Assembly: GCA_016748015.1 (NCBI GenBank)
Contig: JAAOMT010000183.1
Location: 143,314 to 173,200, forward strand
DNA from: Geosiphon pyriformis uo1
Taxonomy: Eukaryota; Fungi; Glomeromycota
Direction of reading: 5' to 3'
Length of the DNA stretch: 29,887 nt
Every line of letters begins with the position of its first letter. The first letter of the stretch is position 1. The position numbers were made by a program, and so were the translations under genes. A model generated the notes under the pieces. The model did no database searches, was not told the DNA's origin, and saw nothing but the letters and a program-made list of their open reading frames with translations. This document shows, piece by piece, positions 1-10,889 of this stretch.

Positions 1-1123
1 TTGTATTGCTATGTGATAAACAAATATTATTACCAAACACTCCAACTGACACCTGCAAAGGACAATCAGATCCAAACCTTAAGCAATCCGTTGAAGCAAT
101 GTGAACGAACGGTCTGTGAGCGTGAAGTTTCAAATCCCTCGCCTTTGATTTCCCCAGCAATAGAAAAAATAAATAAAGGTCATAACATGAAAAATGTCAC
201 AGGTTTGAACTTACAGAGTCATCTTCGTCTTGAACGGTTACTAAGTCACCAATTGAGGAATTTGTATCTGCGAAAATTCCAACGATGTTCTCTCGTTGAT
301 TGCGAAGTGCTCTGCGAATTGCCCTAAAGACCTTCCGACCATCCGTTTCTAACAAACCAATGAGGATTCAGGATTGACGTCTGGTTGTTCAACAAAGACC
401 ATAAAAACCCTTACCAGTAAGTGCGGAGGCCTCATCAAAGCATATTATTATGAACTGGTTCAAGGTCAAGGGGGGGGGTATATCGATCTGCTTTTTCTTC
501 TGATAGACGGCGTCCCAGAACTCTTTTGCTTGATTCTGCTTGTGTTTTTCTAATAATTATTTCGTTGTATATAACATAAATGTAAATAATAACTATGCAT
601 TACCTTGCTTTCCCTATCTTCTAATATATGCTGGTGATATTTCTTCCCATCCACCCTATTGTAAACGTGGCTCTTGTCCAGAAAAGTAATAACCATTGCA
701 GCAAGCCATCTGTTAGCTACAGCCTCCGCTTCGGCCATCGTGTCGCAAAACCCGATCTCATTTTTTAATGTCAAGCTATGTGTCGTTGTTTTCGGATATC
801 CAGTTGATACGGATGAACGGAAACACAGGTATATCACGGGATATAGTTTTGCCAGTTCATGTATAGCCCTCGTTTTACCATATCCGGATGACTGGACTAC
901 CGCAAGGTAATTAAAATATTCCGAAGAATCTCTGATCGACCCTAATTGCCGGTCTAACTCGGCGATGTAATCGATGTTCGAACTGAATGGGACTGTGAAT
1001 GCTATATCAAGAACTATTTTCAAGAAAACACGAGAGAGAGTGAGTCAGGCGAATTCATAGGGAACTATACAAATATTTCCATGCATTTACCGTCATCCCG
1101 TGGCTTCGCTATTTTTGAGGAAT
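1..1123 (-). CDS. Crinkler (CRN/RHS)-type P-loop AAA+ ATPase protein, partial, multi-exon (5' end probably in the gap, 3' end beyond the window)
   Basis: Frame-consistent GT-AG introns at about 1002-1090, 536-603, 349-414 and 143-214 join a Walker A variant (YLAVVQSSGYGKTR), VIYLCFR..STGYP, a Walker B (IIICFDEASAL) and FRAIRRAL..IVGIFADTNSSI, motifs I recognise from fungal CRN-associated NTPase domains. The 5' coordinate is approximate. Confidence 0.72.
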
Positions 1124-1245
1124 CTTAAGAATGCAAACAGCAATCAATGGACGGTCAGTATCTAACCAGATAGTGCACGTTATTCAACCCAAACTATTGA
1201 TCTTGCTTATTTGCCTTTGAAACGAGTTTACGTATAAACCTAGCT

Positions 1246-1873
1246 NNNNNNNNNNNNNNNNNNNNNNNNNNNNNNNNNNNNNNNNNNNNNNNNNNNNNNN
1301 NNNNNNNNNNNNNNNNNNNNNNNNNNNNNNNNNNNNNNNNNNNNNNNNNNNNNNNNNNNNNNNNNNNNNNNNNNNNNNNNNNNNNNNNNNNNNNNNNNNN
1401 NNNNNNNNNNNNNNNNNNNNNNNNNNNNNNNNNNNNNNNNNNNNNNNNNNNNNNNNNNNNNNNNNNNNNNNNNNNNNNNNNNNNNNNNNNNNNNNNNNNN
1501 NNNNNNNNNNNNNNNNNNNNNNNNNNNNNNNNNNNNNNNNNNNNNNNNNNNNNNNNNNNNNNNNNNNNNNNNNNNNNNNNNNNNNNNNNNNNNNNNNNNN
1601 NNNNNNNNNNNNNNNNNNNNNNNNNNNNNNNNNNNNNNNNNNNNNNNNNNNNNNNNNNNNNNNNNNNNNNNNNNNNNNNNNNNNNNNNNNNNNNNNNNNN
1701 NNNNNNNNNNNNNNNNNNNNNNNNNNNNNNNNNNNNNNNNNNNNNNNNNNNNNNNNNNNNNNNNNNNNNNNNNNNNNNNNNNNNNNNNNNNNNNNNNNNN
1801 NNNNNNNNNNNNNNNNNNNNNNNNNNNNNNNNNNNNNNNNNNNNNNNNNNNNNNNNNNNNNNNNNNNNNNNNN
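1246..1873. other. Assembly gap (628 N)
   Basis: Run of N. Confidence 1.
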
Positions 1874-2000
1874 TCTTATACAAAGTATGTATCTACCCAA
1901 TTTTTAAGCGCTTTGATAGTTTTTCTCGAGAATTTTTGTTGGTGAAGGCCTTTTAGAATAAAAGCAATAATGCTATTTCTTTCGCGCGATTTGTAAACGG

Positions 2001-2261
2001 TTGCTAACACATCTGGCTGGTTTTCAGGATAGTTATAAACCAGCTAATTTGGAAGACCTCAACACCCGAATTAACGATTACCTGACCCAAGAACAAAAAT
2101 TAAACCAAGAAAAAATCCAAGAGCGGGAAGCCGAACTCCAAAAAGAAGTCCAAACTATTCAAGAGCAAAAGGCTCGTGATTTAAGAATTACCGGAAGAAA
2201 CTTTGAAAAAGGATTTCTCCAAAATAAATTTTTAGTAAACAATGAAGAAAAAAAAACTTGA
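2001..2261 (+). other. Short coiled-coil-like coding fragment of unknown origin, no ATG start
   Basis: Q/E/K-rich helix-like stretch (QEQKLNQEKIQEREAELQKEVQTIQEQK), intronless and CpG-containing; in-frame TAA at 1968 upstream. Confidence 0.3.
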
Positions 2262-4055
2262 ACAGGATGATTTTGGGGTCTATGTGTTGCTCTTCCCACA
2301 AACTTGATAAATATTTCCGCTCAATGAGCAGCTGGTATTTTGATTTAATTGTCCTTGATTTTATCGCTTGAAAAAGCGTTTGAGTTGTAGTTCGGACTTG
2401 CTTGTGAGTTTTATGGTAGAGCGAAGTACCAGCGATAAGCGTGATCAGCAGCAGTAACTCGCAGAAGATTTCAATAGCGAAAGTGATCATTTTGAGTGGG
2501 ATTATTGGTTGATTTTTGTAGATAATGCAGTTGCAATTCGATCGATTGTAATTTGTTTTTTAACGAAAACGTGGGCTGCTCTCCTAATGACTTATTCTAG
2601 TGTTTCCTTTTATTACCTTTATTACTTACCCATAGTTTCTAAAACGATACAGGTTTTGCTGGTCATGAATTGTGTCGGATTTGTAGTACTTGGGCACAGC
2701 GAACCAAAATTATCATATTTATTATTATTCTTACTCGAACAGTATATAAAGAATCATGGAAATTACTGATGGTAATCAAATGGTAATAAAGAAAGAGCTA
2801 TGCTTCTAGTTTTCTTTAAGATATGTCTCTTTAATATGCATAAAAAGTAATTAGATTTTAATATTCTTTATTTTTGTTTTGAATTGGTTATTTAATTTAA
2901 AAAAAAAATTTGTTTAATGTAGATTCGCTAAGTTAGATGATATCTTCACAATTCATATCGGTCCTGAGAGCGTTTTATAATTATAAACAGTCCTAAAATT
3001 CTTAAAGATATTATTAAAAAATGTTACTATAAATTTTATAGAGTACATAAGATTCGTCTGGAAATCTAATAAAATAGAAAACTTTATGACTTAATCGGAA
3101 GTGTTATTTATTTCACCAAATAGGGGTTTATTCAGTTTGCTAATTAAAGATTAATATCAAAAATTGAAAGCATTAGGTAGGCGATTACTTATTTAGGGTT
3201 ATTATTTATGTTATTGAAAAAAGTTTTTTTTCGAATTCTACTAATATTTTTAACCCTAAATTTGATAGACTATAGTTTCTAAATCAACAAAAAGTTGAAT
3301 TTTATTCTAATCTGATCTCATCAATAAAATTTTAAAAGAACGAGTTAGATGACAGCATCAATTCTCATTATTACCTATTGCTTTACATCATTCAATATTA
3401 TAATAAATATCCTTTTGCAATTCAATTAAAAAATTTTAATGATTCACTTTATAAAAAAATTTGAAAACGAATTTTTACAAAACTTTCGAGGCTACTGGCT
3501 TGAAAAATATCCTACAAATCTATTATTAATCTTATTTTCCTTTCCTTCATTTCGAAATTAAACATAATAAAGAACAATTATATAATTTTTATTATTTTTA
3601 TTATTATTATTAAATATTAACAGTATATACTTTATATATGGTTTCTTTTTTCTTGCTTCTTTGTATAATATATGCAAAGTCTTTAAACAAGCTTTTCTAA
3701 ACTTTACTTTCATTTTTTTCACTTTGCAACAAAGAGTTATTATTATAAGTTTTGTTTCCATTATCCTCTTTATTACTCAAAGATGTCATCTTCTAAGCAA
3801 AGAATCAATATATTCATTTAAACATTACAGAATGATTAATAGGTTTATCCCAACCAATCAAATAATAACCTATTTCGAATAAGTACAAATTTAGCATCAA
3901 AAGATTTTCGTATGACCTTATTATTTGGATATACAACTTTAATCATAAGTCATGAAAATGCTAAAATCGGCTTTCTATTTGTAATTGGATGAGCCGAATC
4001 TCTGGACGTAAATTTCTCTATTTAAATAATCCTGTGATTCGTAAATCTTATAGAT

Positions 4056-5036
4056 ATGATTTTTCGGTGTAGTACTTTTCCAATTAGCAAAATCTTGATT
4101 GCTCGTTGGACGAAACATAACTCAAGAAAATCAACACAAAGAACATCAGGATCTTCTTCATATTTACAAATAAATTCGGACCACAAAAGAGACATTTTAA
4201 CAGATGTTAGAAAAGCAAAGAAAAATCAGAAATGGACCGAAGTTGAAACTAAAGAACTAATAGAAGCCGTTGGAAAGCATGGGAGAAAATGGGGATACTT
4301 GCAGAAATCATTATTTCCACATAGAGGGGTTACAGCTCTTGTTCATAAGTATGATGAAAAGGTGTTTCAAGTTAGATTAAAGGGTGATAATGGTCAGCAG
4401 GTTTACGGATTCGGCCCTGTTAATATAGTGCCGGCTGGCTCCTGGACATCGGAAGAATCAAAAGAACTTTTGGAGGCTGTCCAAAAGTATGGAAAAAAGT
4501 GGACACTGATTTCTCAAAAAGTTTTTAATTTGCAAAGAAGCGCTTTAGGCTGTAGAAGTAAATACTTTTTTATGAAAAGAAAAGAAAACACTCTATTCTC
4601 AAAAAATTATTTAAGATGGACTGAGATTGAGCAAGTAAAGCTGGAAATGGGCGTTCAAGAGCATGGTTGGAACTGGAAGCTTATTTCACGTCAATATTTT
4701 AATTCTGAAAGGAGTCCAAATGCATTGATGGAAAAATATAGGAGATTAGGATTGAAAGGAAAATGGATGAATAAAATTTTAAATCAACAAGAGCTAAAAA
4801 ATCCTTTCCAAATCAATTTTGACTTTAAATCTTCAAAGCTTCGAAATAGCGAAATTGGTAAGTCATTTATTTACTAGTATTTGAAAAGCTTAGATGTTTC
4901 CTTTGTAATAAAATTTATTTTTCTTTCAGACAAGGATTTATTCATAGCCCTTGAAAGAGAAAATGAACGTCATGAATTTCGGATTTCTAAAATTTTACAA
5001 AGTTTTTTAAAATTCAATAGTAATTTCAGAAGTTAA
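4056..5036 (+). CDS. Three-repeat Myb/SANT-like protein (about 302 aa), exons 4056-4857 and 4930-5036
   Basis: Three W-x18-W-x19/20-Y repeats (WTEVETKELIEAVGKHGRKW, WTSEESKELLEAVQKYGKKW, WTEIEQVKLEMGVQEHGWNW). Phase-1 intron G|GTAAGT (4858) to TTTCAG (4929) gives an open second exon DKDLFIALERENERHEFR...FRS* ending at 5036. Confidence 0.88.
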
Positions 5037-5802
5037 AAATTTTTATAATGAAATTTAAAAATTATTAACTATTCATAATAAGACTGTTGAAATCTAAATC
5101 AAAAATTTGAAATTCATCATATTTAGAAAATAAATTTTCAATATTCAAAAGTTTCTACCTTAAATACATCTGACCGTCTTTTTTGAAAAAAAAAATATAT
5201 ATAGAATTTGCTTAAAATCATTTATAATTTTATTTGAAAAATTTAAAATCTTTTATAATCACATAATCGGATTCTAAAATCTTTTCAAGAAATCTATTTT
5301 AGTTTTTTTTTTGTTTTTTTTTTCTTCAAAAAATTGATATTCTTGAGAATTCACTTTTATAAAATACTATGAAAATTTAAGTTTGTCCAAAAATATTTTC
5401 TAAAGTTTTTATCATATTATTTTAGAAACATTTTATACTTTTTTGATCAATCTCTTCTTTACGAAATATTTCATTTTCTAATATAAACATTAAATGCTAT
5501 AAAAAATATTTTGGTTATCTGAATTATAATTTGATGAAAAAAATAGTATAAATCCCAAAGAAATTTAGTAAAACTTTAGAATATAGATTTAAAAATTTTT
5601 TTTTTTTGAAAATTTTGAGAAATTAATAAAATATATAGTTGCCTTTTTTTTTTTTTTTATGAAAAGTATAAATTGAAAAAAAAATTCTAATCAATAATTT
5701 AATAAATATCAAAAAATAGTTTAGAATAGACTTATATTTTTCTATTGAAATGTCAATATTACACTTAAATTTTTGGAAATGATACTGCTTTTAAATAATA
5801 AC

Positions 5803-5862
5803 CCAACTAACCAAACAACCAAACAACCAAACAAACAACCAACCAACCAACCAACCAAACCA
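5803..5862. repeat. Imperfect (AACC)/(AAAC) microsatellite
   Basis: ccaactaaccaaacaaccaaacaaccaaacaaacaaccaaccaacc... read directly. Confidence 0.9.
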
Positions 5863-6720
5863 ATCTTAAATTAAAAAAAAAAAGGTACCTAATCTTGATT
5901 CCTCTAATCTTTACCAGCTATTATCTAACATGATAAACTATTATTTAAACTATTAAAATTCGATTGATATCAAAGTAAACAAAGGGGAAAAGAAAAAGGC
6001 AAAGAGTACGGTTATTAAAGGAATGATAAATTCAAGGTTTCTTTTTATTAAAATTTTTTTTTGAACATTTTCGGTTGATGGTTGTTGTTTGATCATTTGA
6101 TTCTGCAATAAACTTTGGCTATATTGGAATTAATTTTTATTTACATGGATTTAAATAAATCATAAAAATCTAAACAAAGAATATCAATTCTATTTTATAA
6201 AGATATAGTTAAATGTATATTTAATTGAGAAAACGTGAAAAGTTATTAAAAAAATTAAAAAATTTAAAGCAATATAAATTCAATTCAATTATAAATAATT
6301 TAATTTCATAAAATATTTTATTTCGAAAAGGGTTTTTCAATCAAGTTATGGTACAGTGTTTTTCAAACATATATTTTTTAAATGAAATTATTTTATTAAA
6401 TTAAAATTATAGAAATTTCGTTTAAAATTTAAATTTTCAAATTTAATTTTAAACGCTTTATCAACCCTTTACTCTCATTTGGGTAAGGGATCAAAATTTT
6501 TTCAAAAATTTCCGATGATTTTTCATTATTAAATAGTACAAGATATTTAAGAGCTAAAGTTGAGAGAGTTAAAGAAACTATGCAGCGAAAATAAAAAATA
6601 TTTATCTGTATTTAAATAGATACATTATTTATCGTGGAATTCCTATAATAGGGTTATTTATAAATGTGATTATTTTAAGATCGATTCATTCAGCTTGGGT
6701 TGAATTTCGACAGCGTAAGT

Positions 6721-6742
6721 CATCCATCCATCCATCCATCCA
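6721..6742. repeat. (CATC)5 microsatellite
   Basis: catccatccatccatccatcca. Confidence 0.85.
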
Positions 6743-7134
6743 TTGAAACAAATTTTCCAAAAGGCGTGCGGTGACCTTTTTCATTGAAATTCCATTGTCC
6801 AAAAAACTTTCATAGCTAAACACCTAGAAGCCATTTTGAATAATTAAAATTCACGAGGGTTCTGCACGATCAAGGATTTGGAAGACAATCTAGCCCATCA
6901 CGGTTCCACGATCAACAATTGTGAGAAAAAACCCAAAAATTGTCCTTGTCAAAATGAATATATACCATGAATACCCAATTCTGCGTATTAATTCTTGACA
7001 TAAAAACTGAATAGAAATCTGAAGTAATCCAACAGCATCTAATTTTCTCACTATCTATTTGATATGCTTATAGAATGATAATTATTCAAGTTTTCGATTT
7101 GGCCAGCAAATTTTTCTCAGATCGCCCGAATCAC

Positions 7135-8688
7135 TCACATTATATAAGAATTTTGGTCATGACGCGTGACGTGAGTATCTGTATCATTTTGAAATCTAGG
7201 ATCGTGCAAATCCTCCATAAAACTCCCATCAAATCCGGTATACCAAGCAGGGTACTGAGGATTATCATTACATTCAAATCTTGAGTTTGTGTATTGTTCA
7301 TTATTTTCAAATTCAGAATTTGGATCATTTGGTGGCGATGGATAATTGTTCATTATACCTCCACCAGGAAGGTATAAATCTGAAGCAGGATTAAACTCGA
7401 ATTTTGTCGAGATCGAATTAGAATCGAAAATCATTGAGTTGTTCAGAGAACTTGATTGTTCAATATTGGGTAGAAGATCAAGTGATAGTAGCTCTGGTGC
7501 GATTGCAGCTGCCGAAGATTTATGAATCGAAAAGTAACCATCATTAAATCCAGAGGTAGCATGTACAATAGGCGAGGTTGGAGTTATGATTGCAGATGAT
7601 TCACAAAGTGTATTCGATATCTGTGGTTGATGGCGTGCAGTTGGATTGAAATGATTGAAAATTAGTTTTTCTTTACGAAAAAGTTTAGAGTCTGTTCTGA
7701 AAGTTTGTTTCATTGGAATTTTTTTACTCTTCTCGGGTTCAATTATTTTATTAGCTAGACAACTGTTACTCGTAAGTTGTTTCGATTGAGCAATTGATAA
7801 GTTAAACTTGTTCGGGGGTGATTGCTCAGGAAAAAAGTTTACAAGTTGGGTATCAAGTTGTGGATCATAAATCTGACGAGTTTCTACATTCGTATTGCTA
7901 CCATTATTGGAACCGGTATGTTGTTTTGACGAATTGTTTTCACGACCTTTTGTTGGTTCTTCACGACATTTTTGATAAAATCGGGGAACAAACGTAGGAT
8001 CATTACGTTGGTGAATTTTACGATGAGCGGCAAAATTATCGGACCTGCCGAAACGTTTATTGCAACCCGGGAAATCACAAAGATACTTTCTTTCACCAGT
8101 GTGTGTAAGCATATGTCGTTTTAAATGTTCTAAACGACGAAATGACCAGGAACAATCTGGCCATTGACAATGATGTTTGAGTGTTGCGGTACGAGAATTT
8201 GTACTACGCTTCTGTTGTGATTTGGGTTTTGATGATAAGTTCATTGGAAAATTATAAAATTCTAACTGAGGTGATATCAGTGCAGGGTTAGAATACTCGT
8301 GTTGATATTGATTTTGATAAAATTCGGGATATGAAGGAGTTGCGACTGGTGATAGTGAGATTAAAGTGGTTGATGAATTGTTTTTAATAGGTAAATTCGT
8401 TGCTGAAGGATCATAATCAGAAGAAACATGTGATGAAGGGTCATTTTGATAGATAAATGATGATTGAGGCTGTAAGGAGGTAAATTGTGGGATTTCCGAT
8501 ATTTGTTGTTGATATGCTAACATGTCAGCTATTTCCTGGTGTGGAATGACTTCCCGTTGTGAAGGTACTATCGGAGAAACAGTTAAAAATTCATTTCCTA
8601 TTGGATCTTTGAACGGGGCAGTCAATAACATAATTTGATTGTGCTGTTGACTGGCTGTGAATTGTGGACTTGGGGTTGAATTATTCAT
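7135..8688 (-). CDS. C2H2 zinc-finger transcription factor, two fingers, Msn2/4- or SteA-like recognition helices (517 aa)
   Basis: CQWPDCSWSFRRLEHLKRHMLTH-TGERKY-LCDFPGCNKRFGRSDNFAAHRKIH, flanked by S/P/Q/N-rich low-complexity regions; 1554-nt uninterrupted ORF. Confidence 0.92.
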   Translation of the reverse strand: MNNSTPSPQFTASQQHNQIMLLTAPFKDPIGNEFLTVSPIVPSQREVIPHQEIADMLAYQQQISEIPQFTSLQPQSSFIYQNDPSSHVSSDYDPSATNLPIKNNSSTTLISLSPVATPSYPEFYQNQYQHEYSNPALISPQLEFYNFPMNLSSKPKSQQKRSTNSRTATLKHHCQWPDCSWSFRRLEHLKRHMLTHTGERKYLCDFPGCNKRFGRSDNFAAHRKIHQRNDPTFVPRFYQKCREEPTKGRENNSSKQHTGSNNGSNTNVETRQIYDPQLDTQLVNFFPEQSPPNKFNLSIAQSKQLTSNSCLANKIIEPEKSKKIPMKQTFRTDSKLFRKEKLIFNHFNPTARHQPQISNTLCESSAIITPTSPIVHATSGFNDGYFSIHKSSAAAIAPELLSLDLLPNIEQSSSLNNSMIFDSNSISTKFEFNPASDLYLPGGGIMNNYPSPPNDPNSEFENNEQYTNSRFECNDNPQYPAWYTGFDGSFMEDLHDPRFQNDTDTHVTRHDQNSYIM

Positions 8689-9192
8689 TATAACTGTCCA
8701 AGAAAATTTGTCTTTATTAATGGAAATTGGCTTTTGAAAAAAAAATCATGCGGCAAAATGGGTCTAAAACTGACCACTGTTTAAGAAATAAGTTAAAGGG
8801 AATCAAAGCTTGATAATTTCAAAAGATACAATATTAAGGGAAATATGTAAATTTTCTCAAGATGATAGCGCCTAAAATGTCTTTGTCGTTTAAAGAGATC
8901 AGGATTCTCGAAGGGTGAATCACAAAAAAACCGAATTTTTTTCAAGGACCAATAAAAACAGATAATTGAACAGCCAGTGCCTCTGTTTATTTAGACAGAC
9001 CAAAAAGAAGAGAAAAATCTCTGAGTACGTAATAAACAGAAAGCAGCAAGGAAGCTGAAAATAACAAAGGGAAATCAAATCAGGTGAAGGAATGAAAAGA
9101 GTGGAAGAGTTAAGAAGCCACAAATAATTTCGGAAAAAAAGGAGTGACTAATATGTTAGAGGGAGAGAGAAAAAGAGGGAGAGAGAAAAAGG

Positions 9193-9196
<4 letters not shown>

Positions 9197-9242
<46 letters not shown>
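9197..9242. repeat. (GA)23 microsatellite, a CT-rich tract on the sense strand of the C2H2 gene's upstream region
   Basis: Perfect dinucleotide run inside a wider purine tract (about 9160-9270). Confidence 0.97.
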
Positions 9243-9247
<5 letters not shown>

Positions 9248-9370
9248 GATAAGGAGAGGATAAAAAAGGATAGGTTGATCAACTGTGGCAAAAGCCAAAA
9301 AATAGTTAAGATCAAAGTCGTGCTCTCAATGTAAGGGAAAGAAATTTCGCCGTGGCCCCTCAAAACCCTA

Positions 9371-9379
9371 CCTTTTATA
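9371..9379 (-). promoter_or_regulatory. Candidate TATA box of the C2H2 gene
   Basis: TATAAAAGG on the minus strand followed by a CT-rich tract, a layout common in fungal promoters; about 690 nt above the ATG. TATA-like words are frequent at this AT content. Confidence 0.3.
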
Positions 9380-9941
9380 ATTTATTAATTAGAAGGAGAA
9401 ATGATGTATTTGGTTAATTGAAGATATTAACTAGGATAGTTTATTTCATTTTCAATTTACTCTTTTTTTTTTTTCAAATTTCAAATTTGAAATTCGAAAA
9501 TAATCGTCAATAAAATCAAACAATGGCACTTGAGCTAACTAAATATATAACCATACGTACCTATGTACTCAAATGTACTCGTGCATATGCATGTGTGTAT
9601 CACGGAGATCAAGGTGTGTATAGGGTAGTACAAATGTTTGAGTTTTTTGAGTTTAATTTTTGCATTGTGTGAAAATATTGTGTTTGTTAAAAGTCTTTTT
9701 TGGTTCAAAAAAGACTTGGCCATGCGTAAATTTTTCTATCGAATATTTTATGTATTTGAAAATAGATAGGCAAAAGTTTGAACCAATTGATTGAGATGAT
9801 TGATAATTCTATGATTGATTGAATTTCTTTAATTTGGATAAAAAAAAAATTAGTAAAAAGGCGTTTTAGATTTTTTTACTTTTAAAATAATGAATATTTG
9901 TTGAAATAAAAAAATATTTTTGGGACTTGTTTCAATCTTTT

Positions 9942-9999
9942 TTTTATTTTATTTTATTTTATTTTATTTTATTTTATTTCATTTTATTTTATTTTATTT
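9942..9999. repeat. (TTTTA)n microsatellite
   Basis: About 11 units with one variant unit. Confidence 0.9.
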
Positions 10000-10889
10000 A
10001 AAAGGAAGTTTCTTACAAAAGAAAAATTAAAAATAATTGAAAATAGATACTGTTTCTCCAGATTCACTTGGCGATTGTGTATTATTATTTATTAGATCAA
10101 AATGAATGCATGCAATAAATAATAGAGTCTGATCTCTGTTACCGATGACAGTAACTTAAAATTATTTTAAAATTTATGCAGCAAATGTTGAAAATAGGCG
10201 ATCTTATTAAATAATTCAAAAGAGTAATAATTATTGTGTGTAATTGTATTAGTTCTGATATTAAAAAAAATAAATTGGAATACAAGGGAAAAATTGATAA
10301 ATTCAAAGTGACTTTAAAAATCTTTTGTATACAAACCCAAAATAAATTTTGATTGATTCTCGAAAACATTTGATATCACTAAAAATATTTTAAGATTGAA
10401 AATTTTTTATCAGTTTTATTTTTATTTCTATTTTTTTTTGAGGCTAAAAACCGGCAATGAAACCAAGTATGTAGTTAAAAATTTCATGTTTTTTACTATA
10501 TTTGAAAATATTTTGATTGATTATTTAAATAATTTGACAAAACACTTTTTTATTGGTACAATTAGAATTATTTATAGGAGATTCGCAATTAAGTGATTGA
10601 AGTATTTTTAATTCTTTGAAGCAGATTTTTTGTAATTTACTAATCAAATAAAACCCATTAATATTTAGAGTAAAATTATCTTCCAAAAAAAGAATTGCTT
10701 TAATTGTTGTGAGAAATGTTATGATAGTGATTCATATGTCATAATTATCTCATAAACTTTTCCGAGTATACAAAAGAATCACTTTTGAAATTTAATTATT
10801 TTGAGAGAATAAATAAATATCTATCAATTATGGTCAGATTCAAGTCCTAAAAAAAATATTTTTAAATATTTTTATTTTAGACTATTGAG

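Noticed and set aside
1-910. Plus-strand ORFs 1-327 and 674-910
   Set aside because: Antisense shadows of the minus-strand ATPase gene.
1184-1900. Long ORFs of 238 and 229 aa
   Set aside because: Artefacts of translating through the N gap.
3192-3260. Inverted TTTAGGGTTA / TAACCCTAAA telomere-like words
   Set aside because: Single units only, no array or target duplication; plausible by chance.
2509-3882. Hydrophobic or Lys/Ile-rich short ORFs (2509, 3558, 3661)
   Set aside because: Composition reflects AT-rich DNA; no motifs.
8920-9363. ORFs with (SL)n runs
   Set aside because: Translations of the GA/CT microsatellite.
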